In this document: positions 27,785-38,560 of the stretch, piece by piece
Layout of the letters: every line of letters begins with the position of its first letter
Position numbering within the stretch: position 1 is the first letter of the stretch
Assembly (NCBI GenBank): GCA_030765805.1
Contig: JAVCDH010000091.1
Location: forward strand, 19,047-83,046
Reading direction: 5' to 3'
DNA: 64,000 bases
From: Candidatus Euphemobacter frigidus
GTDB taxonomy: Bacteria; Auribacterota; Erginobacteria; Erginobacterales; Erginobacteraceae
Position numbers and translations under genes: made by a program
Notes under the pieces: generated by a model
Told to the model about the DNA's origin: nothing
Databases searched by the model: none
What the model saw: only the letters and a program-made list of their open reading frames with translations

Positions 27785-29410
27785 TTAAAGTGAATTATTT
27801 CCACTGTGTTTGCGTGGTAACTTGAGGATGGTATCTCTGCGGAAGTGACGGTCGTCCTTTTCGGGATAATCAAGGCTGTAATGAAGCCCCCGGCTTTCTT
27901 TTCGCTTTGAGGCGGAGTAAATAATCAACTCGGCGACGGTGGCGATATTCCTCAGTTCAATCAAGTCGGCCGTGATAATGAAGTCCCAGTAGTACTGGTT
28001 AATTTCCTTCTTCAGGTTGCGGATCCGTCGCTTCGCCCGGGCCAGACGTTTGTCGGAGCGGACGATTCCCACGTAGTTCCACATCAGCCGCCGGATCTCG
28101 TCCCAGTTATGGGCCACCATGACCGCCTCGTGGGCGTCGACCGCGTGGCCGATCTTCCAGGAGGGAAGTTGGGGAATGGACAAGGGGGGGGGGCTCTCGG
28201 AACAGACCAGTTCCGCCGCCCGGTCGGCGAAGACCAGTGCTTCCAGTAGAGAGTTGCTCGCCAGGCGGTTCGCTCCGTGAAGTCCGGTGTGGGCGACCTC
28301 GCCGATCGCCAGGAGGCCCGGTATGGTGGTGCGGCCCCGGTCGTCGGTCTGTACTCCCCCGCAGGAGTAATGGGCGGCCGGGACGACCGGGATCGGAATC
28401 CTGGTCATATCAAAACCGAACTGCCGGCACTCCCGGTAGATGTGGGGGAAACGTTTCTTGATAAACGCGGCGGGCTGGTGGGTGATATCCAGCAGGACGT
28501 AATCATCTCCGCTCTTTTTCATCTCGGTGTCGATCGCCCGGGCGGTGATATCCCGGGGGGCCAGGCTCTTCATCCGGTGGTAACGGTGCATGAAAGGGCG
28601 CCCGGCGGCGGTCTTGAGAATGCCGCCCTCTCCCCGGACAGCTTCCGAGATCAAGAATGATTTTGCTTCCGGGTGAAAAAGGCAGGTGGGATGGAACTGC
28701 ATGAACTCCATATTGGCGATTCTCGCCCCCGCGCGGTAAGCCATGGCAACCCCATCGCCGGCGGTGGTATCCGGGTTGCTGGTATAGAGATAAACCTTGG
28801 CGGCCCCGCCGGTGGCGAGGATGGTGGTATGAGCCAGGAATGTCTTTACCCGCCCGCTCTTGCTGTCCAGGACATATGCGCCCCAGCATCTTATCTTCCG
28901 GTCGGAAGGATTGATAGTGGTAATGAGGTTGACCGCGATATGATTCTCGTAAACCTTGATCCGGCGGTCGCTTCGGACGGCGTTGACCAGACATTTTTCT
29001 ATCTCCGCGCCGGTCTGATCGGCGGCGTGGAGTACCCTCCGCCGGGAGTGCCCTCCCTCGCGGCCCAAATCGTACTCCTTTCGGTTCTGCCGGCTCTTAG
29101 TAAAGCTGACCCCCAGATCGATCAGTTCCCGGATCCGGTCCGGGGCGCTGTTGACCACCATCTCGACCACCTCCGGACGGCAAAGGCCGTCTCCGGTCCG
29201 CAGGGTATCCCGGATATGGTCCTGGAACGAATCTTCCCGGTCGGTAACCGCGGCGATACCGCCCTGAGCGTAACGGCTGCTGGATTCGGCGATATCCTGT
29301 TTGGTTACCAGCGCGATCGACCCGGCGCCGATCGCCTTCAGAGAGAAACTCAACCCGGCCAGTCCGCTCCCGATGACTAAAAAATCGGTTGTTATCCGGT
29401 CGGCTTTCAT
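27785..29410 (-). CDS. nadB: L-aspartate oxidase
   Basis: [56 protein letters not shown]. Confidence 0.95.
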   Translation of the reverse strand: MKADRITTDFLVIGSGLAGLSFSLKAIGAGSIALVTKQDIAESSSRYAQGGIAAVTDREDSFQDHIRDTLRTGDGLCRPEVVEMVVNSAPDRIRELIDLGVSFTKSRQNRKEYDLGREGGHSRRRVLHAADQTGAEIEKCLVNAVRSDRRIKVYENHIAVNLITTINPSDRKIRCWGAYVLDSKSGRVKTFLAHTTILATGGAAKVYLYTSNPDTTAGDGVAMAYRAGARIANMEFMQFHPTCLFHPEAKSFLISEAVRGEGGILKTAAGRPFMHRYHRMKSLAPRDITARAIDTEMKKSGDDYVLLDITHQPAAFIKKRFPHIYRECRQFGFDMTRIPIPVVPAAHYSCGGVQTDDRGRTTIPGLLAIGEVAHTGLHGANRLASNSLLEALVFADRAAELVCSESPPPLSIPQLPSWKIGHAVDAHEAVMVAHNWDEIRRLMWNYVGIVRSDKRLARAKRRIRNLKKEINQYYWDFIITADLIELRNIATVAELIIYSASKRKESRGLHYSLDYPEKDDRHFRRDTILKLPRKHSGNNSL

Positions 29411-29420
29411 CAATAGAGTC

Positions 29421-30263
29421 TCACAACACCGCGGTCTTGTGACGGGTCACCGGGCAGTCGAGGTTGATCGCGACCGGGAGACTGGCAATATGGCAGGGAG
29501 AGGTAAGGATATGGCAGTCGAGACAGGTGGCTCTCCCACCCAGGCCCCCGGGACCGATCCCGGTTTGATTGAGCCGGTCGATGATAGCCACTTCCATTTC
29601 GGCGTAGAACGGATCGGGGTTGCGGGAGCCGATGGGGAGGAGGAGCGATTTCTTGGCCCGGAGGGGCGCTTCCTCGAAATTTCCGCCCAGTCCGACGCCG
29701 ACAATAACCGGGGGACATGAGTTGGCTCCGGCTCCTTCCACCCATTCGACCACGAATTCCGTTATCTCCTCCGGTTCGGTGCCCGGGATCATCATCCTGA
29801 TCGTGGACATGTTCTCACTTCCGGCTCCTTTGGCGGCGACGGTTATCTTCAACCGGTCTCCGGGAACGATCTCGGTATGGACCAGGGGCGGGGTATTATC
29901 TCCGGTATTCTCCCGCCGCAATGGATCGGCCACGATTGAGGCGCGGAGGAAGCCCTCTCGGCATCCTTGCCGGATACCTTCATCAATAGCCTTTTGCAGG
30001 TCCCCCCCCGTGATATGGAGGTCCTGACCCAACTCCAGGAAGACGATGGCGACACCGGTATCCTGGCAGACCGGGACAGATTCAGCCCGGGCGGTTTTCG
30101 CGTTTTCTAAGAGTCGGCCGAGAATATCACGCCCGGTAACCGATTCTTCGTTGGATAGAGCCTCCTCAAGGGAGATGAGAAGATCGTCGTTCAGGACGTA
30201 ACTGGCTTCCAGATAGAGCTCTTTGACGGTCCGGGTTATCTCGCCTGTTTTTATCTCTCGCAT
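29421..30263 (-). CDS. Fe-S hydro-lyase (fumarate hydratase class I) alpha subunit
   Basis: PVCQDTG, R.NTGDNTP, KG.GSEN, CPP, CHIAS.PVA. Confidence 0.9.
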   Translation of the reverse strand: MREIKTGEITRTVKELYLEASYVLNDDLLISLEEALSNEESVTGRDILGRLLENAKTARAESVPVCQDTGVAIVFLELGQDLHITGGDLQKAIDEGIRQGCREGFLRASIVADPLRRENTGDNTPPLVHTEIVPGDRLKITVAAKGAGSENMSTIRMMIPGTEPEEITEFVVEWVEGAGANSCPPVIVGVGLGGNFEEAPLRAKKSLLLPIGSRNPDPFYAEMEVAIIDRLNQTGIGPGGLGGRATCLDCHILTSPCHIASLPVAINLDCPVTRHKTAVL

Positions 30264-30291
30264 AAAATATTCCCATAGGAACCTGTTTTAT

Positions 30292-31626
30292 TTATAAATC
30301 GGGCTCTTGAATAAATCCCTCACGCACCAGCATCTCGGCTTCGGCGCGCGCCCGCTTGATTATTGTTTCGGCGGTTCGATAGAGGTCTTCCCGGGTGAAC
30401 TTCTTCAGAGCTACTCCCTCCTCGATCGCCCGCATACCGACCGCGGTCGCGATTCTGGGGTAGACCTCCCACTCCTCCATGGTGGGGATGAGGTGTTCCT
30501 CGCTCAGGCCCAGTTCTCTCGCGCAACGAGCCAGTTCGAGTGAAGCGGCGATGCACATCCCATCGGAGATCCCGGATGCCCTCACGTCGAGCGCTCCCCG
30601 GAATATTCCCGGAAAACCCAGGGAGTTGTTTATCTGGTTGGGAAAGTCGCTTCTTCCGGTCGCCACGATCCGCGCTCCCGCCTCTTTGGCCTCCCAGGGC
30701 CATATTTCCGGGACAGGGTTGGCGCAGGCGAAACAGATTGCGTTATGATTCATCCGGGAGATCCATTCTTTTCTTATTGTGTTCGGCCCGGGCCGGGAGA
30801 GGGCGATCATAACGTCAGCCCCCTCCATCGCTTCCGGAATCCCGCCGCTTACTCCCGCCCGGTTTGTTGTTTCGCACATCTCCCATTTGAGCCGGTGGGT
30901 TTTTCTCAGTTCGGCCCGTCCTTTGTGGAGCGTGCCTTTGCTGTCGCAGATGATGATATTGTCAGGGTTAGCCCCAAAGGCGATTATCAGCCGGGCGACC
31001 GAGAGGTTAGCCGCCCCGGCCCCGACCAGGGCTATCTTCACGAGTCCGATCTTCTTGCCCACGATCTCGAGGGCGTTGATCAGCCCGGCCAGGGTGACGG
31101 CCGCGGTTCCCTGCTGGTCATCGTGCCAGACCGGGATGCGGCACTCCCGCCGGAGGCGATCAAGGATGGTGAAACACTTGGGCTGGGCGATATCTTCCAG
31201 GTTGATTCCACCGAAAGATGGCTGGAGGATCTCGACGGTTCTGATCAGTTCTTCCGGATCATCCGTATCCAGGCAGATTGGGAAGGCATCGACGCCCCCC
31301 AGGTATTTAAAGAGAAGAGCCTTGCCTTCCATGGTGGGCAAAGCTGCCTCCGGGCCAATATTTCCCAGCCCGAGAACCCGTGATCCGTCGGAGACCACGG
31401 CGACCGTGTTCCATTTGTTGGTGTAGTCGTAGACCAGGGCGGGGTTTTGATGGATCTCGGAAGAGACGGCGGCGACCCCCGGAGTGTACCAGATCGCGAA
31501 ATCATCCGGAGAACTGACCCGGCATTTGGGAACGATCTCGATCTTCCCCCGGTAGAAAGGATGGAGTCTCAGAGCGTCCCGGCCGGGCTGATCAGCCTTC
31601 TCTAAAAGTTCTTCTTTGGTAGGCAT
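30292..31626 (-). CDS. NAD(P)-dependent malic enzyme
   Basis: YTPGVA, DGSRVLGLG, EGKA.LFK, NLEDI, HDDQQGTA, ANP.PEI, TGRSDFPNQ.NN. Confidence 0.93.
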   Translation of the reverse strand: MPTKEELLEKADQPGRDALRLHPFYRGKIEIVPKCRVSSPDDFAIWYTPGVAAVSSEIHQNPALVYDYTNKWNTVAVVSDGSRVLGLGNIGPEAALPTMEGKALLFKYLGGVDAFPICLDTDDPEELIRTVEILQPSFGGINLEDIAQPKCFTILDRLRRECRIPVWHDDQQGTAAVTLAGLINALEIVGKKIGLVKIALVGAGAANLSVARLIIAFGANPDNIIICDSKGTLHKGRAELRKTHRLKWEMCETTNRAGVSGGIPEAMEGADVMIALSRPGPNTIRKEWISRMNHNAICFACANPVPEIWPWEAKEAGARIVATGRSDFPNQINNSLGFPGIFRGALDVRASGISDGMCIAASLELARCARELGLSEEHLIPTMEEWEVYPRIATAVGMRAIEEGVALKKFTREDLYRTAETIIKRARAEAEMLVREGFIQEPDL

Positions 31627-31652
31627 TAAAATTTTTCTCCGAAAAATTTTAA
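31624..31652 (-). promoter_or_regulatory. Perfect 12-bp hairpin with the RBS in its loop, ending at the malic enzyme ATG
   Basis: Minus strand TTAAAATTTTTC-GGA-GAAAAATTTTAA-TG. Confidence 0.55.
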
Positions 31653-31659
31653 CGTAATC

Positions 31660-31722
31660 AGTCACCAGTCACTATTCACCAGTCACTATTCACCAGTCCC
31701 CAGTCCCCAGTCACCAGTCACC
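31660..31722 (-). repeat. Nine heptamers of the same family as the moxR array
   Basis: Minus strand GGTGACT GGTGACT GGGGACT GGGGACT GGTGAAT AGTGACT GGTGAAT AGTGACT GGTGACT; supplies the TGA stop of the upstream gene. Confidence 0.9.
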
Positions 31723-32914
31723 ATCTCCGCCACTTCTCTTCCAGCTCGGAATCGATCAGGGTCTCCAATAGATAATCGGTGATCTCCCGGGTGGTGGCGC
31801 CTCCCGGTCTTCCGGTGACCGTCAGTCTCTTCTCGTACTGGCCGCAGATATCCAGGGCCATCTCGAGCTTCTTGGCCCGGTCGGGATATCCTATCTGGGC
31901 CAGGAGCATCGCGGCCGCCCGGATCATGCTGAAGGGGTCCGCGAACCGTTCCCGCCCCTCTTTCACCATCCGGGGGGCGCTGCCGTGGATGGCTTCGAAC
32001 ATCGCGGAGCGTCGTCCGATATTGGCGCTCCCGGCGGTGCCGACCCCCCCCTGGATCTGGGCGGCTTCATCGGTGAGGATATCTCCATAAAGATTAGGGA
32101 GAACGAAGACCTGGAACCCGGCCCTCCGGTTGGGGTCGAGGAGTTTCGCGGTCATAATATCGATGTACCAGTCATCGGCCTCGATCTCCGGGTACTCGGC
32201 GGCGATTCGGAAGAAGGTGTCGAGGAAGAGGCCGTCCGTGGTCTTGATCACGTTAGCCTTGGAGACGGCGGTGATCCGTTGCCGGCGGTTTTTCCGGGCG
32301 TATTCAAAAGCCAGCCTGATGATCCGCTCGGATCCGGGACCGGTTATTACCTTAAAATCAAGAGCCAGGTCATCCGTTACTAGGAAGCCGTCGCTGCCCA
32401 GCATGTAGGCGCCTTCGGTATTCTCCCGGAAGAAGGTCCAGTCGATCCCGAGTTCAGGGACCCGGACCGGACGGACGTTGGCGAAGAGATCGAGTTCTTT
32501 GCGTAGGGCGACATTGGCACTTTCAATGTTGGGCTCGGGGTCGCCCTTACGGGGGGTGGTAGTAGGTCCTTTTAAAAGGACCGGGCATCTCTTTATCTCC
32601 TCCCGGACCTGATCCGGAATGGCCTGATGGACCGCGGCTCGGTTCTCGATGGTCAACCCTTCAATGAAACGGAACCGGACCGCGCCCTTCTCGAGTTCCG
32701 GTTTCAGAATCGTCTCCAGTACTCTCTGTGCCTCCCGGGTGATGACCGGGCCGATCCCATCCCCCCCGATAATCCCGATCCGGAGCGGTCGAAGACCACG
32801 GTAATCGATCCATTCGGGTGCTTCTTTCAGCCTCTCCACTCGACCGAGTTGCGCCTCCAGGATGCGCTCGAACCGCTTCCGGGCTTCTTTAACCGCTGCC
32901 CGGTCAATCTTCAT
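31718..32914 (-). CDS. Isocitrate/isopropylmalate dehydrogenase family enzyme (probably IDH by context)
   Basis: GDGIGP, KGPTTTP, SAN..LRK.LDLFANVRP, RENTEG.Y, PNLYGDI.TD, FEAIHGSAP. Confidence 0.88.
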   Translation of the reverse strand: MKIDRAAVKEARKRFERILEAQLGRVERLKEAPEWIDYRGLRPLRIGIIGGDGIGPVITREAQRVLETILKPELEKGAVRFRFIEGLTIENRAAVHQAIPDQVREEIKRCPVLLKGPTTTPRKGDPEPNIESANVALRKELDLFANVRPVRVPELGIDWTFFRENTEGAYMLGSDGFLVTDDLALDFKVITGPGSERIIRLAFEYARKNRRQRITAVSKANVIKTTDGLFLDTFFRIAAEYPEIEADDWYIDIMTAKLLDPNRRAGFQVFVLPNLYGDILTDEAAQIQGGVGTAGSANIGRRSAMFEAIHGSAPRMVKEGRERFADPFSMIRAAAMLLAQIGYPDRAKKLEMALDICGQYEKRLTVTGRPGGATTREITDYLLETLIDSELEEKWRRW

Positions 32915-34745
32915 GCGGATGCTGCTCCTCTTCCAGTTTGGCGGCGTCTTCAAAGCGGAAATCCGCCCCCAGGACGCCGGCAATCTCCTCCTGATCATCA
33001 CGGATCGGGGCGGAGACGGTTATGCAGAGTACCCCGTCGAAGCGGGAGATATAGAAGTCGGTCACGTAGGGAGAACCGTCCTTCATTGGATTGACGAACC
33101 AGTTCCGATCGGAGAAGTCCTGATGGAGGTCAAATTCTTTATCATACTTGGCCCGGTCGTAGGGATGAACCACATTCCGGGTTATTTTTATCCCCTTAAT
33201 ATCGGTAATGTAGAGGTATTTGATAAAAGGATCTTTCACGATGTATTCTTCCAGAACCGGCTCCATGCGTCCGGGAACCATGGAGCGGATCTCCGGGTTT
33301 TTGACCATTGCCTTCACCAGATCAATTGCGATCGCGGCCACCCGATCCTTGATCCGATCGAACTCGGACTTGAAGAGATGGGGAAGATGCTTCGTAACCT
33401 GTACCATCATCTCGGCCGAGGATATAGCTGTCGATCGTCCATCCCGGTATTGCTCGTTCACCCAGTGCCGGAGGTTGACCACACCGGGATGGTTCTTGTT
33501 GAGCTTCGCGGTCTCCAGGTCGGTCTGAGTCTGGATCCAGTAGATGATCCCCGCGATACCGGATTTATCGGTAACCGCGATCGAGGGGGGCCGGTTGAGA
33601 AGGGCCCCGGTATCGAAGATATTATAGATCTCCTCGTTTTTGATCGCCCCGTCGGCATGGATCCCGGCCCGGGTAATATTGAAATCGCGCCCCACCAGCG
33701 GCATATTGTAGGGGACCTTGAAGAGGATCTCCTTTTTAAAGTAATCCGCCAGTTTGGTAATTACCGAGAGATCCATCCCGTTGGCGCTCCCGGTGAGTTC
33801 GGCGTAGGTGATGCAGGCTATCTCGATCGGGGTATTGCCGGTCCGTTCCCCCAAACCGAGGACGGTGGCATTCAGGGCCGAACAGCCGAAGAGCCAGGCC
33901 GCGACCGCGTTGGGTGTGGCCAGGTAAAAATCATTATGCCCATGCCACTCCAGCCACTCTTTGGGGACACCGGCTTCCCGGGTCATCACCCGGACCAGCT
34001 TGGGGACGCTGCGGGGCAGGGCGGCCTGGGCCCAGGGGACTCCGTAGCCCATCGTGTCGCAGAGCCGGATCTTGATCGGGGTCTTCGCTTCTCGGGCCAG
34101 CTCCATTAGCTCCTGGGCGAAGGGGACGATAAAGCCGTAGATATCGGCCCGGGTGACGTCCTCCAGGTGACAGCGGGGTATAATTCCACTGGAGAGGGCG
34201 CCCTTCACCAGAGCCAGATATTTTTCAGCCGCTTTCTCCCGGGTTGACTTGAGTTTGAGGAAGATGTGATAATCGGAAGCGGATGTCAGGATCCCGGTCT
34301 CTTTCAGTCCCATCTCCTTTACCAGTTGAAAATCCTTCTTTACCGCCCGGATCCACCCGGTTACTTCAGGATACCGGTAACCCCGTTCCAGGCATTTTCG
34401 GACCGCTTCTCTGTCTTTATCGGAATAGAGAAAAAACTCACACTGACGGATTACTCCGTTGGGTCCCCCCAGCTTGTGGAGGAGATCATAGATATCCACA
34501 ATCTCGTCGACGCTATAAGGAGGACGAGCTTGCTGGCCGTCCCGGAAGGTGGTGCAGGTGATCGTCAACTCATCCGGGGGATCGACCGGAATGGCGACCC
34601 CATCGAAGGCGATCCGGGGGACCTCGCTATAGGAGAAGAGGTCCCGGAAGAGATTTGGCTTCTCGATCTTTGTGATCTTCAGCTTCTTTCCGGTCGGTTC
34701 TCTCCAGATGTTATCGGAGGGATAAGTTAATGAAAATTTGTTCAT
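32904..34745 (-). CDS. Re-citrate synthase-like DRE-TIM metallolyase with C-terminal Cache/PDC domain
   Basis: TTFRDGQQ, CDT.G, EWHGHNDF, GERTGN, AGIHADG; C-terminal DFSDR.WF..P...YVTD.Y.S.....CITVS.PI; start moved to ATG 34745. Confidence 0.8.
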   Translation of the reverse strand: MNKFSLTYPSDNIWREPTGKKLKITKIEKPNLFRDLFSYSEVPRIAFDGVAIPVDPPDELTITCTTFRDGQQARPPYSVDEIVDIYDLLHKLGGPNGVIRQCEFFLYSDKDREAVRKCLERGYRYPEVTGWIRAVKKDFQLVKEMGLKETGILTSASDYHIFLKLKSTREKAAEKYLALVKGALSSGIIPRCHLEDVTRADIYGFIVPFAQELMELAREAKTPIKIRLCDTMGYGVPWAQAALPRSVPKLVRVMTREAGVPKEWLEWHGHNDFYLATPNAVAAWLFGCSALNATVLGLGERTGNTPIEIACITYAELTGSANGMDLSVITKLADYFKKEILFKVPYNMPLVGRDFNITRAGIHADGAIKNEEIYNIFDTGALLNRPPSIAVTDKSGIAGIIYWIQTQTDLETAKLNKNHPGVVNLRHWVNEQYRDGRSTAISSAEMMVQVTKHLPHLFKSEFDRIKDRVAAIAIDLVKAMVKNPEIRSMVPGRMEPVLEEYIVKDPFIKYLYITDIKGIKITRNVVHPYDRAKYDKEFDLHQDFSDRNWFVNPMKDGSPYVTDFYISRFDGVLCITVSAPIRDDQEEIAGVLGADFRFEDAAKLEEEQHPHED

Positions 34746-34796
34746 CTTTTGTAGGTTATAGTGAAATGACAGGAAAAGAAAAGAAAAAAATGAGGA

Positions 34797-34908
34797 TGGG
34801 GAATGGGGAATAGGGAATGGGGAATAGGGAATGGGGAATAGGAATGGAGAATGGGGAATAGATAACGAGGTTTCCCCCCATTCCCTACTCCCTATTCCCC
34901 ATTCCCCA
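34797..34908. repeat. Inverted pair of T(G/A)GGGAA heptamer arrays with a ~15-nt spacer and no cargo
   Basis: About 9 units at 34797-34858 and about 5 reverse-complement units at 34874-34908; overlaps the TPR gene stop. Confidence 0.9.
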
Positions 34909-35605
34909 ATTTCGCTCGTTCCGGGGAGGGATAAAGCTCGAGACTCTTCTTGAGATGGTCGGCGGCCGCCTCTTCCTCTCCTCGTTCGTGGTAGATCAGG
35001 CTTAGATGGTAATGGGCCTCCCCCCGCAGATAGTTCTCTGCTAGGGGGGTCTCCTCCAGCGCGGATTTGAGGGTGGAGATGGCTTCCTCTTCCCGCCCTT
35101 TCCGGTAGAGGGCCCATCCGAGACTGTCCAGGTAGAGGTAGCGGTTCTCACGATCAGCCTTGATAGCCCGTTCCAGAAGCCCGATCGCGGCCGGGAGGTT
35201 CTTCCGGCGGATGATATAAACCCAGGCCAGGTTGTTGAGCGCCTGAGGCTGCTCCGGCTCCCGCTCCAGAGCCTGGAGGTAGAGTTCTTCCGCCTGGCCC
35301 AACTGATTGAGCTTGATATAGACGTTACCGGCGTTGATATAGGCCCGGGTCAGAGTGGGGTCCTTCCGCCGGGCGAGCCGGTACTGTTTCAGAGCTCCGT
35401 CCAGATCCCCCTCTTTCTCCAGCAGGACGCCGCGGTCGTTATGATAAGCGCCCTCCCGTTTCATAGTCCGAGAGTCCATTGGGGCCGTTTGACTCGGCAT
35501 GAAATGGTCGAGATCGACACCCTGAACGAACACCCGGTAGTTGGAGCATCCGGCCAGAGAGAGAAGAAAGACCAGGAGAGGGAATACGGTTCTACGGCAA
35601 TTCAT
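34892..35605 (-). CDS. TPR-repeat lipoprotein
   Basis: Lipobox LAGC, TPRs (ALNNLAW, YLDSLGWALY, AHYHL). Confidence 0.8.
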   Translation of the reverse strand: MNCRRTVFPLLVFLLSLAGCSNYRVFVQGVDLDHFMPSQTAPMDSRTMKREGAYHNDRGVLLEKEGDLDGALKQYRLARRKDPTLTRAYINAGNVYIKLNQLGQAEELYLQALEREPEQPQALNNLAWVYIIRRKNLPAAIGLLERAIKADRENRYLYLDSLGWALYRKGREEEAISTLKSALEETPLAENYLRGEAHYHLSLIYHERGEEEAAADHLKKSLELYPSPERAKLGNGE

Positions 35606-36153
35606 GGTTTAAAATTTTGTTTCTGCTCCACCACCAGCATCCAGTTTCCAGTCGGCTCCCACACCCGGATGAGTTCCGGATACGCGATGGTTCCCGCCCG
35701 GGTCCTCCCGGAGTGAATATGAAAGATATTTTTTTCGTCGTCATAGCCGTGGACAACCATGAAGTGATTCCGGCCGGGGCTCCCGCTCGCGCCTACGAGG
35801 ACAATGACCGGGACATTCCGAGCGATATATTCTTTCACCAGCCGGATTGATCCTTCAAATGCCCGGGCATCAAAGCCATGTCTCCGGGCTGAGACCAGCA
35901 TGTCAAGATTGAGGGAGCCGGAGAGATTCTCCCGGAAGATCTCCCCGGCCAATTCTTCCGGGGGAATCCGGACATTATAATATTCGAAGACCATTGCCAG
36001 GGTTGCCGGCCCGCAATGTTCTCTCTTTTGCCGGAGATAGGGAACATTCGCGATTTGATGGCGGCGGGGAAGAGAGGGCGGAGACAAGACAGTTGATGCC
36101 GGAGGGGAGAGAAGCAAAAGATTAAGGAGAGCAAACACCCCGGATAGCTTCAT
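35602..36153 (-). CDS. C39-like cysteine peptidase (PA2778-type)
   Basis: VPY..Q...CGPATLAMV, PVIVL, HFMVVHGYD, HSG. Confidence 0.82.
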   Translation of the reverse strand: MKLSGVFALLNLLLLSPPASTVLSPPSLPRRHQIANVPYLRQKREHCGPATLAMVFEYYNVRIPPEELAGEIFRENLSGSLNLDMLVSARRHGFDARAFEGSIRLVKEYIARNVPVIVLVGASGSPGRNHFMVVHGYDDEKNIFHIHSGRTRAGTIAYPELIRVWEPTGNWMLVVEQKQNFKP

Positions 36154-36203
36154 AATGGGTGGACCGGGTCGGCCAGCCGGCCGGAGAAGTCAGCCCGGAT
36201 CTG

Positions 36204-36590
36204 TTATTTGTTGGCTTGGGAGAAGAGATAGACGCCGGTGATGGCGGCCAGTACGATGACAATAACCAGTCCCACCCCGAGGGCTCTTGCGCCCTGGTCT
36301 TCTTCGCCGCCGGCCATGATCTTCTCCACGGCGACCGCCAAATGATGGATTTCATCTTCCGAGAGAAGCGCCAACTTCTCTTCCGCTTCTTCGCGGCTCC
36401 AGCCCATCTTTTCTATGGAGATAGTGATAATCTCCTTCTCCAGTTCTATCCGGGAAGGTTCCGCTGTATCCGTTCCCCGGGCCCGGGAGAGAAGCAGACC
36501 CGCCGAGCCCGGAGACGAGAGGCAGAGCATCCCGGCTACGAAAAGGGCGACCGTCATCCATGGCCATCTGAGCATTGTATTTAAGAGCAT
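36204..36590 (-). CDS. PA2779-like exported protein
   Basis: Signal peptide, G...EEAEEKLA.LS..EI..LA, AGG motif, C-terminal TM helix; upstream of the C39 peptidase. Confidence 0.7.
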   Translation of the reverse strand: MLLNTMLRWPWMTVALFVAGMLCLSSPGSAGLLLSRARGTDTAEPSRIELEKEIITISIEKMGWSREEAEEKLALLSEDEIHHLAVAVEKIMAGGEEDQGARALGVGLVIVIVLAAITGVYLFSQANK

Positions 36591-36610
36591 GATATAATTC
36601 CCGGTTATCT

Positions 36611-37703
<1,093 letters not shown>

Positions 37704-37704
<1 letters not shown>

Positions 37705-37883
37705 CAGCTGATCCCCAGGCAGTCGAGGCAGAGAAAGCGGGCGTTTCTCTGGGTCTCCGCGTTCTCCTTGAGGGTAATTCCCCAGATAATCATCGCGATC
37801 GCCAGCAGAAGCAGCAGGATTGCCGGGTGGAATTGCTTTTTAAAGAGGAGGTAGTAAATTCGCGGTGTCCTATCGTTGCGCAT
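37704..37883 (-). CDS. Small membrane protein with C-terminal CxxC (CD1871A-like)
   Basis: TM helix followed by A..LCLDCLGI, coupled to the 4Fe-4S gene. Confidence 0.65.
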
Positions 37884-37910
37884 AATGACATCTCCAGGTT
37901 TCCGCTTCGT

Positions 37911-38020
37911 AATTTGAATAAAACTATTGAATAGGCAACATCGTATAGAAATTAGGTGAACCACTCCCCATTCCCTAATCCCTATTCCCCAAATTAGCCC
38001 CGCCAGGGTCGGGCTAATTT
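37911..38020 (-). repeat. Dispersed ~110-bp repeat, copy B
   Basis: Near-identical to 21464-21574; its AAATTAG start supplies the TAG stop of the TlpA gene. Confidence 0.9.
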
Positions 38021-38547
38021 AACTTAAGCAGGGCTTTAATATCTGCCTCGAAGATATTCTTCGGTCGATAGCCGATGTACTTCCGGTAGATGTTGCCTTT
38101 CCGGTCGATAATGAAGGTGGTGGGGATTCCGAAGATGCCTCCGTAAGTTCTGTCTACCCGTCCATCGAAGAGCAGGATAGGGTAATTTATGTTATATTTT
38201 TTTACAAATGGTCGCAATACCTGCCCGGGATTCCGGTCCAGGCTGAGCCCCAGAATCATTAACCCCCGTCCGGAGTATTTTCTGTAGAGGTCAACGAAAT
38301 CCGGTATCTCCACCAGGCAGGGCGGACACCGGGTGGCCCAGAAATCAAGGATGATAACCTTCCCGCGGTAGTCGGAGAGTCTGACCCGGCCGCCGCCGAA
38401 TTTTTGCAGATCAAAGTCGGGAGCGGCCTGTAACCCCGCAACTTTCTTTTTAGTCACGGCCTTCTCTTTTGTCTCACAGCCATTCAGCCAGATAGCTGCG
38501 AAGAGAGATAGAATGATGATCGTGGCAAGGTTACGCGTCTTCTTCAT
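38014..38547 (-). CDS. TlpA/ResA family thiol-disulfide oxidoreductase, lipoprotein
   Basis: LNGC lipobox-like motif, APDF, LDFWATRCPPC, GIPTTFIID. Confidence 0.9.
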   Translation of the reverse strand: MKKTRNLATIIILSLFAAIWLNGCETKEKAVTKKKVAGLQAAPDFDLQKFGGGRVRLSDYRGKVIILDFWATRCPPCLVEIPDFVDLYRKYSGRGLMILGLSLDRNPGQVLRPFVKKYNINYPILLFDGRVDRTYGGIFGIPTTFIIDRKGNIYRKYIGYRPKNIFEADIKALLKLN

Positions 38548-38560
38548 GAATTATAATCAC

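Noticed and set aside
32862..34109. 415-aa plus-strand ORF and similar long antisense ORFs elsewhere
   Set aside because: Antisense shadows of well-supported GC-rich genes, with no recognisable motifs.
34746..35117. N-terminal extension of ORF 32904-35117
   Set aside because: It overlaps the TPR gene and reads through the repeat arrays; ATG 34745 is the better start.
38300..38345. Selenocysteine in the TlpA active site
   Set aside because: Both cysteines are TGT/TGC (CPPC) with no in-frame TGA.
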